Part shown: positions 26,059 through 38,390 of the stretch, in pieces | Layout of the letters: each line of letters starts with the position of its first letter | Numbering within the stretch: position 1 is the first letter of the stretch | NCBI RefSeq assembly: GCF_001194135.2 | Contig: NC_068985.1 | Span: forward strand, 88,334,163 to 88,389,492 | From: Octopus bimaculoides | Taxonomy: Eukaryota | Direction: 5' to 3' | Length of the DNA stretch: 55,330 nucleotides | Notes under the pieces: generated by a model | What the model was told of the DNA's origin: nothing | The model's database searches: none | Seen by the model: the letters and a program-made list of their open reading frames with translations, nothing else | Position numbers and translations under genes: made by a program

Positions 26059-26500
26059 ATTTGTAATGTAGCAGCAATTATCAGAATCGTATACATAGTT
26101 GCCCAAGGTCTTAATAGACACAAGATGTGATCTATTTCTAGCGCATTAATTGTCCACGTTAGTGGTCGACGTTATTTTTTAAAATGTACCTTAATCCCCT
26201 GAGATTGCAGATAATATTNNNNNNNNNNTTAATATATTAATTAATATATTAATTAATTATCAGGGGGCCAGCACATTTAAAGAATCAAAGAGATTCAGAA
26301 ATATTATCTGCAATCTCAGGGGATTAAGGTACATTTTAAAAAATAACGTCGACCACTAACGTGGACAATTAATGCGCTAGAAATAGATCACATCTTTGTC
26401 TATTAAGACCTAAAAAGTTCTCAACATGAAATATAGCAGCATACCAAAAACGTGAGCGGGCAAGACATTTAAAATCACCTAAAAAAAAATCATTATTAAA

Positions 26501-26559
26501 CAGGAACCAGGTTTCGGATTTAACACATTCTTACCATTTGTCTATTCCTCATCAGCCTG
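26501..26559 (-). ncRNA. Second identical hammerhead copy (possibly an assembly duplicate)
   Basis: Identical to 26000-26058, offset by 501 bp across the gap. Confidence 0.55.
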
Positions 26560-26887
26560 ATTTGTAATGTAGCAGCAATTATCAGAATCGTATACATAGT
26601 TGCCCAAGGTCTTAATAGACACAAGATGTGATCTATTTCTAGCGCATTAATTGTCCACGTTAGTGGTCGACGTTATTTTTTAAAATGTACCTTAATCCCC
26701 TGAGATTGCAGATAATATTTCTGAATCTCTTTGATTCTTTAAATGTGCTGGCCCCCTGATAATTAATCGATATTAATTAATATATTAATATATAACTAAT
26801 TACCAGATCTTATAATTATATATATATATATTCATTCTATAGTATGCTGGGTTTATCATATATCCGGTATATGGGATCCATAGATAC

Positions 26888-27089
26888 TTTTATTCTTTTA
26901 TTCCTTTCAGTCATTTGACTTCAGCCATGTTGGAGCACCACCATTTTGGTCGAGCAAATCGCGCCTAAGACTTATTCATTGTAAGCCTAGTACTTATTCT
27001 ATCCGGTCCCTTTTTCTAAACCGCTAAGTTACGCTTGGTGGGCGGACAGGCGCACACGCAGACACACACACAGACACGGGCACATACAC

Positions 27090-27131
<42 letters not shown>

Positions 27132-27249
27132 ATATATACAACGGGCGTCTTTCAGTTACAAGGCCTTCATCTGCCCGAGTCAAGGTTCCACTCTCTGGGA
27201 CCGAACCCGGAACCATGTGGCTGGTAACCAAGCAACTTACCACACAGCC
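26888..27249 (-). mobile_element. tRNA-derived SINE family B with internal (CA)n
   Basis: Reverse complement head GGCTGTGTGGTAAGTTGCTTGGTTACCAGCCACATGGTTCCGGGTTCGGTCCC; body CGTAACTTAGCGGTT...AATAAGTACTAGGC...GGTGCTCCAACATGGC. Confidence 0.85.
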
Positions 27250-28919
27250 TCTCCTATTCTCGTGAATATACCGAAACGACCTACATTTATCTTTTCTAAA
27301 CAAACATAGTCCTCCTTTCTTTAGATAGGGTGAACACCAGAAATTTCGAGTCATTATTTTGCCTCAGATGTTCGACGTATTTATTCTTCTGGAACTGGAT
27401 GCCTTCAAACGTCTATCATATAAATAGCGCCAAATTGCACAAGAATATTTAATTACTGAGAAATGTTTTAATCACAGTTTTGAAAAGTAAATAGGATATA
27501 CTAACATAAATTTAACTCCTTAGTAATGCCAACACATTCGCACTTCAATTTATGTTTCATTTACACTGACCTTCAACGTTTGTTTTGACTTTGCAAAAAC
27601 CTATACTATGCTCCAGAAATGTTGTGACCTATACTTACGTAGTCAAAATCTTATTGCAAGCATTGAAGTTAGACATTCAACACTAATCTTAATCTACATC
27701 AATATTACATTCTAAGCATTTTCTTCGTGCTAGTTTCCTTGATCTTATGGAACACAGGATACCTACAAATATTTCTAACGAACCTTGAATATCTATTTTA
27801 TTAATTTCTTGTCTGGTAATTCTAATTCTATTCCATTTCTTTCTACCATTTCCACTTACTTCATTGATAAAATTTCGCTATTCCTAATTCCATGCCACCA
27901 TCGTCTGTGAACGCAGATACTGGTTTCAAAAGAGGACTTATTTGATTTTCATTCTTTGCAACAACATCAAATCATCCATAAATAGAAGATGATTGATTTT
28001 ATGCTGTTTGCTTTTCTTTGAATACGTATTTCTTACATGTTTTAGTATAAAAGTTGTTTTTATCATGCATATCACTCAAAATGAAAGAGACAAGCTATCG
28101 TATTGCTAGTTTCTTTTTTCTTTTTTTTTCCCCCTTTATTGGTTGTTTACACTATGGATTTATGAGAAGATGTTACTTCTATTTTTCAATTTTCTGTGTA
28201 CCTTTTCATAACCTTCTTGCATTTTATAATGTTCTGAACATACCTAGACATATTATTATCAAGGTTTACGAAACTGGTATCATATTCTTTTGAAAGCATT
28301 TGCAAGTGAATCTATGCTTCTTCTATTCTCACATTTTGATGCAACTGCTTAAATGTCTAATAAAAAAATCAATATTTGTTAGAGACAAATATCTGATAAT
28401 AGATATATCCATTTACTGATATTATTCGCAATGTTTGCTATTACATTGATATAAACATGCTTTTAATTCATTTCAGCACGTGACTGAAAGAATTAATTAT
28501 GCATTCCTTACTCTTTATTCGTAATGTGGCAATGATCTCAAATCACAAATTTATCTCTTTTGATTAGAATGTTTTACCAACCTGATGATACTTCCTTTTT
28601 CAGACGATACCGCCCATCCATATTTAATTGAACGAAAATTTAAAGTTTTCAAGGTCATATTTCTTTCCTAAATGCATCTGTCATGCAATAGTTATATGGA
28701 TTTACAATCCCTTACATAGCGTTAGAGCTTATTCTCGGTACATGCCATTAGCAACTCAAAAGGACTACACCTATGAGCAATCAGTAAATATAACTTTCGT
28801 TTAATCTTCGATTTTCTCTGCATTTATCGCAAACCGATCATATTAGTAGTCCCTCATTTGGGTGAAGACATAGGTTTCCTGGGAACCGTGACTGTTTCAA
28901 TATTCTCCAGCAACCGATT

Positions 28920-29290
28920 AAGAAGTAACCTTGCAAAGATTTTGCCAAAAACTGATGAGGGAGATCCTACGGAATTTATCGCATATATTCTTAGGTCCTA
29001 CCTTCAAATAAGAAATCGAATGACTTCACTCCTCATTTGTGCCGTCCCCACTTTGTGCAATATGGCATATAAAAGCTCCAGTATCTCTTCATGTTATGGA
29101 ACAGCCTAAATACCATCAGCTACAATTATATTATTCGCATACGCATCGTGGTATTCGTCAGTTTTACTGCAAAAGGTATTTCATCCGTTAACGGGTGAAT
29201 GCTCAATTTGAGAAAACATAGGAGCCTATGCAAGACATTCCATTATAGCAAGACTGACTACGGCCTCATTTTCAAGGTACCACTGAAATG
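28920..29290 (+). pseudogene. Highly decayed LINE RT fragment
   Basis: LAKILPKTDEGDPT and KTFHYSKTDYGLIFKV loosely match A.I.PI.KKGDP and KAFD.V.H.GL.FKL. Confidence 0.3.
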
Positions 29291-29532
29291 CTGCTCCAAC
29301 CTGGAATTAATTTTACATTGCTTGAGCTATAACGCTTTGCTAGTCTTTGATCGAGGATGTGCAACAATAATGAGAGGATAAACTATACGCTGCCGGAGGT
29401 ACAGAAGTTTTAGATCTCATTTTTCAAATATTCGGTCGTTGTTGGATCGGTGGATCTTGTCAATTGGAAAGGTTCCCCTGCGCAACATCCAAAACCAACA
29501 TGACTACGGCTGGGATCAGCACTGTTGCTTAC

Positions 29533-29759
29533 CTGCCGCAAGTTCGCCGAAAGTCCGTACACCGCAACGTCGTTGATTGCAACGATGAGGTTTTTTGCTG
29601 TTGTTCCACCACCTTACCAACGACTGCTACAATGAAATGTACCACCATGGCCATAACCGACTGCTACTAATGTCAGTACCCTTCAGGCTATCCAAATGGC
29701 AGCATCTACGGAGGAAGAAATTTGTCTCAGGATAAATTTCCGAAGATAGGCCCAAGCGC
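29533..29759 (-). other. Exon-like GC-richer segment (227 nt), unassigned
   Basis: Acceptor TATTTCAG| and donor CAG|GTAAGC. The best frame has a single TAG. Confidence 0.35.
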
Positions 29760-30154
29760 CTGAAATATAATGGTTTTTCAGCTTTCAACACGGCATTGTT
29801 TTAAGATTTTCTGACTTCCTTTTAAATACACACAAACATCCCCCACAAAACCCACACAGATACAGACACACAGATAAAGTAATGTGCTTCTGTGTGGGTC
29901 ATTGTGTTTTATTTTGATCTCCTCACCAACACTTGGCAGCCGCAATTTCTTTGCTTTCATTACGTTAACTGGATCACTTCTGCTAAACCGACTTTGAAAG
30001 GAATTGAAACACTTAAAATTAAGCATCGGTGTTTATTCGATTAGATATCTTGATCGGTACCCCAGCCTGTCCACACTCCTCCAAAGAAAAGTTTAAAGAT
30101 ATAATAAAATGTAATATGTCAGTTGATATGTATATATATTTTTTAATATATATT

Positions 30155-30380
30155 ATTTTATTGTCCACAGGGGGCTAAACACAGAGGGGACAAACAAGGA
30201 CAGACAAAGGGATTAAGTCGACTACATCACCCCAGTGCGTAATAGGTACTTATCTAATTGACCCCGAAAGGATGAAAGGTAAAGTCGACTTCGGCGGAAT
30301 TTGAACTAAGAACGTAACGGCAGACGAAATACTGCTCGACATTTCACCCGGCGTGCTACCGATTCTGCCAACTCGCCGCC
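30155..30380 (-). mobile_element. tRNA-derived SINE family A, near full length with alternative tail
   Basis: Reverse complement GGCGGCGAGTTGGCAGAATCGGTAGCACGCCGGG...AGTTCAAATTCCGCCGAAGTCGACTTTACCTTTCATCCTTTCGGGGTC...TGTTTAGCCCCCTGTGG. Confidence 0.92.
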
Positions 30381-31800
30381 ATAGTTAATTGATATAGGCA
30401 CGAAATTATCTCTGATTTGAGGTACTGAAATATCAAACTAAACGTTTTCAGGAAGAATATATTGAGGACACTGTAAGATCCGTTAAATCCATCATTCGAT
30501 TGATTTCAGGAAAACAGGAAACGAAGCAGATGAGAAGTGTTGAGAGAATATGAGGTATTCCCACAGCAGAACAGGAAAACAAAACTGAATTTACTGAATA
30601 AAGTCAGTAAAATAATTTTGGGCACATAAATGGAATATCTTGGAAATGTCACACTAAATTTGCTGTATATATTTATAGGCATTAATACTTATAACCAAAT
30701 GAAGGATTTATGTGACAATGGTTCACGATTGGATTCTCTCCAAAATTTCCCGTTGCAAGATGGTTTGCTGCCAAATATATGTAAACGTGCATTTTATGTA
30801 CATTAGTAGAACAGGTAAAGCGATTGAAAACTATTTACAATTCAAATAATATTCAATGTTGCGAAGAGCAAGATTCATATTAATTTTGCTTCGCGTGCAA
30901 ATATAAGTCAATATAAACCGCATCACAGAATGTTTGCTATGCGTAGAGACCTCGCAACCTCACCTCACCCCAGCCTAGCGTTCTCTAAAGCGCTCTGCGT
31001 GAATATTACATTCNNNNNNNNNNNNNNNNNNNNNNNNNNNNNNNNNNNNNNNNNNNNNNNNNNNNNNNNNNNNNNNNNNNNNNNNNNNNNNNNNNNNNNN
31101 NNNNNNNNNNNNNNNNNNNNNNNNNNNNNNNNNNNNNNNNNNNNNNNNNNNNNNNNNNNNNNNNNNNNNNNNNNNNNNNNNNNNNNNNNNNNNNNNNNNN
31201 NNNNNNNNNNNNNNNNNNNNNNNNNNNNNNNNNNNNNNNNNNNNNNNNNNNNNNNNNNNNNNNNNNNNNNNNNNNNNNNNNNNNNNNNNNNNNNNNNNNN
31301 NNNNNNNNNNNNNNNNNNNNNNNNNNNNNNNNNNNNNNNNNNNNNNNNNNNNNNNNNNNNNNNNNNNNNNNNNNNNNNNNNNNNNNNNNNNNNNNNNNNN
31401 NNNNNNNNNNNNNNNNNNNNNNNNNNNNNNNNNNNNNNNNNNNNNNNNNNNNNNNNNNNNNNNNNNNNNNNNNNNNNNNNNNNNNNNNNNNNNNNNNNNN
31501 NNNNNNNNNNNNNNNNNNNNNNNNNNNNNNNNNNNNNNNNNNNNNNNNNNNNNNNNNNNNNNNNNNNNNNNNNNNNNNNNNNNNNNNNNNNNNNNTATAT
31601 ATATATATATATATATATATCGTCGAGAGAGAGAGACACACACACACAGACGGACAGTACATAGATAAATAAATACACAGAGAGATAGATTTAATGACCA
31701 AACTTCTAACCGGTAAAATATGCATTCTGTTGACTACATTAGAAAATCTTGACTATGGTTTATACTTTATATATTCATTATTATTTGTTGAAAATAAGAC

Positions 31801-31982
31801 TGTGAGTTGGCAGAAACGTTAGCAGGACGGGAGAATTGCTTAGCGGTATTCATCTATTTTAACGTTCTGAGTTCAAATCCCGCCGAGGTCGAGTCTTTCA
31901 TCCTTTCTGGGTTGCTAATTTCAGTACTAATTGTGTACTGGGTCGATCATATCGTGCTTTGTAGCTAGAGTAGAAAATATTT
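31801..31982 (+). mobile_element. tRNA-derived SINE family A
   Basis: GAGTTGGCAGAAACGTTAGC...GAGTTCAAATCCCGCCGAGGTCG. Confidence 0.85.
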
Positions 31983-32519
31983 CTTGAAAATTATTCGCGT
32001 CAATCGTAGCATTTTATAACTAAAGACAGAAATGTGCAATGGACAGAGAACGAAACAAGAATACACAATATATCAGACCAAGATCACTTTATCAAAGTTT
32101 CTTCCATTTAACCCTGTAGTCGTAGAGTAATTATGAAAAGGCAAGGAGAAATTTCCAATATTTGATTCTAACTCTGTTTATTTAACCAGTGTGTAATATA
32201 ATTAGTTTCACTGTAAGGTAATGAACCATTCAGCAATTAAACTGAATTAAACAGTGCATTCAGTGCTATACTAGCAAGTCATTGATTGATTTATTTCGAA
32301 TATTACAAGATTAGATTGCGGCTGCAAGTGTTTTGCACGTTGCCCAAAGATAGAGCATACAACTTCTGAACGAAAACAAACACTTGAGCTGTCATCCAAG
32401 GCCTCTAATTTCTTTAGTTACCCCAAATAAACTCATTTATTTAATGTTATTTCCAGTAATTTTCTTTTATTAGTTATCTGGAAAGTTTATTATTCAGAAA
32501 AATAAATTGAAATGGACGT

Positions 32520-32630
32520 TGTTGGGGGTGAAGAGTGAAAATGCTGATTACAATAAAATTATGAAATGTAGACTTGACCGTGAAGGATGCGGGGCACATT
32601 GAAGAATTCCATGTGAAGTAAGGAAGGAAA
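32520..32630 (+). pseudogene. Decayed RTE-like RT fragment adjoining a gap
   Basis: VGGEE* and VKDAGHIEEFHVK*G resemble LGVEEW and VR...ETEEF.V.VG. Confidence 0.35.
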
Positions 32631-32939
32631 ATAGNNNNNNNNNNNNNNNNNNNNNNNNNNNNNNNNNNNNNNNNNNNNNNNNNNNNNNNNNNNNNNNNNN
32701 NNNNNNNNNNNNNNNNNNNNNNNNNNNNNNNNNNNNNNNNNNNNNNNNNNNNNNNNNNNNNNNNNNNNNNNNNNNNNNNNNNNNNNNNNNNNNNNNNNNN
32801 NNNNNNNNNNNNNNNNNNNNNNNNNNNNNNNNNNNNNNNNNNNNNNNNNNNNNNNNNNNNNNNNNNNNNNNNNNNNNNNNNNNNNNNNNNNNNNNNNNNN
32901 NNNNNNNNNNNNNNNNNNNNNNNNNNNNNNNNNNNNNNN

Positions 32940-32970
<31 letters not shown>

Positions 32971-33398
32971 CCGATAAGAAAGAAAGAGTTGATACACGGA
33001 ATGATATTAAGAGGGCGCAGATGTAATGACGTAACATGTGAGAGACATAAAGATGCATGGAAAGCAATTAGAGAGAATTCGGTGAAGTTAGGTGAAATTA
33101 ACGAAGGTGGGTAATATTCCAATTGTCGTGTTGTGAATTGTATATAGTTTGATGGTTGCCACTGATTTAGAAATATCCATGTTCTGTGAACATGCAGAAA
33201 AAAGTAGTTTATAAAACATTGACAAAAATATAAGGTTAAGAGTCGCCGGTTATCCATATTCACATGCAATTTAATTGGTTGGAAACTTTCACGAACTAAT
33301 CTAAAAAAGGTTGTGGTGGAAATTTTGGAATTTATTTACATCTGAACTTAGTAAACATGCTTTTGTATTCAATATCTAGACAGTCTTTCTAGACAATA

Positions 33399-33578
33399 GC
33401 ATGCTGGGCGAAATCCTTAGTATTTTGTTTGTCCTTACGCTCTGAGTTCAAATTCCGCCGAAGTTGACTTTGCCTTTCGGGCTCGATAAACTAAGTACCA
33501 GTTGCGTACCGGGTTCGACAAATCAACTGTCCTCCTCCCAAAGATTTCGGGCCTTGTGTCTAGAGTAGAAAAGAATAT
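33399..33578 (+). mobile_element. tRNA-derived SINE family A
   Basis: GAGTTCAAATTCCGCCGAAGTTGACTTTGCCTTT...GGGCCTTGTGTCTAGAGTAGAAA. Confidence 0.88.
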
Positions 33579-36500
33579 GAATGTATTTGCAACTTATAAT
33601 TCTGTAATTAATTTTGTCATACGGTAAGAATGTAGAAATAGACATTTCTTTTTCCACTGGAGATCTCTCTTTAAATAGTACATGGTCAACCGTTATGAGT
33701 AACGATTCATGCTATTTCGCGTTGAATTAAGAACTCACCTACGTATCCTGATATCCTTTAGTTCAAAACTACGGTCTTTTTCGTGTTTTCATACGGTCAC
33801 TTGAAGTCTTTGTTTGTCGGTTGGGCAGCCATTGCATTTGTAATTATATCACCTTTGTATTTTTCAACAGCAACATATATCAGTAACTGTTATTAGAGTT
33901 AATAATTCATTCATTGTCGATGTAGACGAGGTTGTCTTAAATAAAAATCCATAGGCATTCATATGAATGTTGGAATTACTTCTTTTGAACAATGTTTTGA
34001 AAGGGTGATTCTGCTCAGGTTGTCTCCACTCAAAAATAGTAGATTCAGGCAAAAATTTATTGGAGTTTACTATCTACTTTGAAATGCCAACAACGATTCA
34101 ATTTGTGTTTCTTCTTCTGAGAATTAAACTCGAAGTAAGGAAAAGTGTCAATTTTTTAAAAATATTGTAAAAATGAAAGTAACGTTGACAAAAGGACCTG
34201 GCTACAAAAATGGAAGTTGTGCCTATAACCTCTTTACTGTTACACTTTTGCAGAATAATATATTCTGGTTTGTCCTTTTTTACGAATCTTGATTTTTGAC
34301 CGATTACGTTTTAGAATGGTTTTGGCTACTTGCATTGTTATTCATATTGTGTTAAACATGTACGAGCCTTAAAACAATATATGTATATTTATATATATTC
34401 GAATACAATTAAATGCTATTTCAGCAGCTTACGGTATGCAAATAAGGTGAACACGTAATCTCTAGTATCTTACATAATGATATTTTATTGAACCCGGACT
34501 GATAAATTGAAGGTGGTTAGCTAAATATCATAATACATCTTGTGTAGCTGTCTACACATGCTGGTTTACTTTTTCCTCAAATAGCGCTTCATATTTGTAA
34601 AGCTTCTTCAGAAATGGAAATCAAAGTACGAGAATAATAGCAATTTAGAGCGTAGGTGTGAGTTTTAGGAAGAAAAGATAATCATTTATGTGTACTGTGT
34701 TTATTCAATTCGGCGAGGCATACAGGATGAACATTTACACAAATACTAAACATACGAGTATTATAACATCAGTGAGAAATATTAAATCATGCTTATGCAC
34801 GCTTACATCAATATTGTGCTGCTATCAAAGGCCAAATCATTACCTCAAACTTATTCTAATGGATTACAACTGCATTGACAACTGAAAGCGAATTCAAAAC
34901 ATCTGCTAGTATCAAAGATACGAGGAATATATTAAGAGGATAAGAGGGGTAGACTTAGTAAATAGAACATTTGCAGTACACTGAACATATTTGATGTAAT
35001 AATTTAGAAATATAAAATTGTTGAAAGGAAATTAATGCAAATATATATGGACTCACACATGCCAAACCCACAACTAATCAATTATATATCTAAATATACA
35101 TGTAAACTGATGCATCAATAGAAACAGGACGCATAAATACCTGCAAAGGAGGACTGGTTAATGTGCCTCACTTAACCAAGAAACGTTCATCAAATTGTAT
35201 TTGAATCTCTTTCTGTATTGTATATGGATGTCAATCACTGCCTTAACAAAATATTTATATAAATTTGAACTATGATACTTCTATCTATTTTCTGAATTTT
35301 TACCCCTTGATAACTAACCAAATTTTATATTTTAAAGATAGAAATATAACTAGACGTAAATATAGTGACAGAGAGATCTGCAATCAATGCACACAAACAT
35401 GCATGCATATTATATATGTTTATCATTAATTTAATATAAAGCTTAGAGTATGTCCTACTAATGTACATATATGCCTTCGCATGGGAAGATGTCATTAGAT
35501 TGACGGATAAACTAATAACAGCATTTGTATATCAATTTCCTCTTCCCCTTACCAATAAACATCCAATTTAAAGGTATTCTACGAGAAACAGTAAAGAATT
35601 TTCATTCAATATTAGAATATATTGAGTTAAGCTAGACTAGTGCCATTTCTCTCTGCCTGATAATAAAATGACCATTAGCTGTTAACTATATGCATAAGTA
35701 GGTTAGCAATATGACATCAAAAGATGAAATTGTATGGATATCTTATTCATATTGTAATTTATTAGGATTTGTTACTTTCTATGAAATATTTTCACTTCGG
35801 TATACAATATTCTCACTTTGGCAAGTTCTGCATCACCAATAAAAGACAATTTAATGAGAAGCAAAGGTTGCTTGCAGTGATTTACTACTTTTTGAAATAG
35901 ATTTTTTTCTCTCGCAGCCAACACAAAATACAGAAGTTTCTGATTTATGTCAGGAAAGAGAGCATATAATCTCTTAGATGGTGTTGGTTAAGATCCTCTG
36001 CTAATCCTCATTAAAAGAAGTAAGCAAGTCGTGGCTACTCTGATGAAATTACTAGGTTATCTTATCTACAGATTTTTTTATTGTTACAATATTTCCTTTC
36101 TTCATATACATATAAATACATATAATTAGTGACAGAAGGTGAGCAGTAAAGTGAAGCTTTAAAATATCAAAGAAACTTTCTACAAAATATGTTGATTCAT
36201 AAAGCACGGTGATAAATAATGGAAGAAAAAATATCTTTATGGCGTAAAGTAGTAAAGAAGAGCTAAATAAATAAATGATAGTTTATCATCATATTTTATT
36301 TAGTAAATTAAAACGAGAAAAAAATGATCTAATAAATATTCCTCACTAGAATTTAATTATGATTTCCATAAAAGAATGTGTTTGTTAAGTCAGGCAATGT
36401 TTGAGACACTAAATGAAATATATCAGCAATTTTCTCAAACCTGACAGCAAAAGCTATTCTACAACTATGTATTAATCCAATTCTTCGTATTCATATTTGC

Positions 36501-38390
36501 TTTTTTGTATGTGTAATCTTGTTGGTATGGCTAGAAAGCACTTCTCTATTCAAACTAATTTATAAGTAGACATCATTAAGAAATTTCTTTTTTGTACGGA
36601 TTATATTTCCTCGATTTCTATGACTCAGCGGCAAATGGGAAACTGTTGATCATGACTCACTACACACTTAGGGCGCTGCACACAGATCTTTTCGCATCTT
36701 CTCCAGATATACAAAACAAGATGTCACAAAATGTAAATAACGTAGATCAGGAACAAGGTCGGAAGTTTTGAAATAACGGATGCTTGTAGGAACAATATAG
36801 TGGCTTACACAGTATGTATTCTATAGTAGCAACTAAAACAAAATGTACTCTCCATTCGACATACAACAACTTCTAGTAAACTCCATTGTACTCATATAGT
36901 TTGGATCGTTTAATGTTGTATTAGATGTGATTCGGGATAGCATTTACCCTACGGTAATGGAAAGGAATATCATGTGATTATGGGGTGATATTCTTAAATG
37001 CACAGCTAAATCTCTTGAAAAATTACAACACATAACGTATTTAACACTCTTGAAATGCCTTTTGCAACAAATCAATTCATACAACAGCAGCAAAAATGAA
37101 AGATTATTTTGTGTCATGCTGTGAAATGCAGCAAAATGGCTGTAAACAGCAGGTTAATGGCATTATTGTATCGGTTATATAATTTTACACCTACATTGTA
37201 TTAGCCTCCTAAGCAACGTATATAACAGCTTCGCTTATCTCAGCCTGACAAATCTGATTCCATTTCCATGTCATCGTTCAGTAGTTACGGACATAGATTT
37301 CAACCAGTGCGTAAATGCATGCTCCCCATGAATGTAATGAATCATGTTTGCATAACAACTGCGTTAAGAGCAACAATAGGAAATAGAAAATAACTTTGAT
37401 AGCAAGAGTAACAACAAAATCAACTGTTTTGTGTAGAAGCAACATCATCCATAAGTGCTTAGAGCAGATACAATTGCGCATGGAATAATACATAATTTTT
37501 CACAGTGGTAATTCTCCTCTACATGTATGTATAGTTATTTAAGTTATGTAAGCTACTTATAATTCAAATCAAGTAACAGTGTTTCAATCCGCACTTGAAA
37601 GTAAGAGTCAACATTTAAAATTTTATGGATGTGGTTGATAAAAAAATAAATAAACGAACTATGCTAGGTTTCATGTACCTTTCTTTGGATACTGTGAGGA
37701 ATATCAAAACACATAGTTAACCATGTAATCGTTTTAAAAGTTTGTTTTGAATTTATCATTGTTGATATCCGGATCACTAAGCAGGTATATATTTACATTT
37801 AAATGTGTTCACCTGAAATAATGCGTATATTTAAAGCCGAAATTGTGTTTAAGGAAACGTAGGACTACACTACCTGACACAACACCCAAGTGTAAAGTGG
37901 TTGTGCTGAGATTTGATGAATATTTAACTGCAAATTAAAACGGATGTAGCTACCGTCTACTTGTTCACATATTCGATTGTTGCAAAACATATGCACGAAA
38001 TAATTAAGCGGAATCCATAGATTATTCAACATCGAAATCCTGAAAGCTAGTTAAATGAATGTATCTACGGCATGGTATTTACCATGTTGGTAAAGGATAA
38101 TATTCAATATATTGTTGGTGTGGCAAAATAAACATTCCTGCACAATTTTATTTCAAATTATATTTTGATCCTAAAGCAACTTAAAATATAAGAGAACTAC
38201 CGAAGTGTTTTATGTTGGATATAAAATATCACAAAAGAATTTGTCATAAAATATATTAATCATCCTAAAATAACAACAGAGAAAAAGAAATAATTCGTTA
38301 TAAAATGATAGTTTTGCTTTAATGTGCTTCAATATATCTATTCGGATGCCCCCTCACCCCAAATTACAAAATAATTTGCGTTGTGCTTAT

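Larger units (their letters stand above)
25700..26816 (-). mobile_element. Fold-back element with about 210-bp inverted arms and an internal hammerhead; probable non-autonomous Penelope-like element
   Basis: 25700-25910 is the reverse complement of 26607-26816 with only a few substitutions or indels. The spacer holds an intact HHR core. 491 bp are duplicated across a 10-N gap. Confidence 0.75.

Noticed and set aside
28950-28985. CTGATGA/CTGAAGA hits as hammerheads (also 34590-34612 minus, 44122-44180, 36043, 47080)
   Set aside because: No GAAA at the required position or no stems I and III; 7-mers occur by chance.
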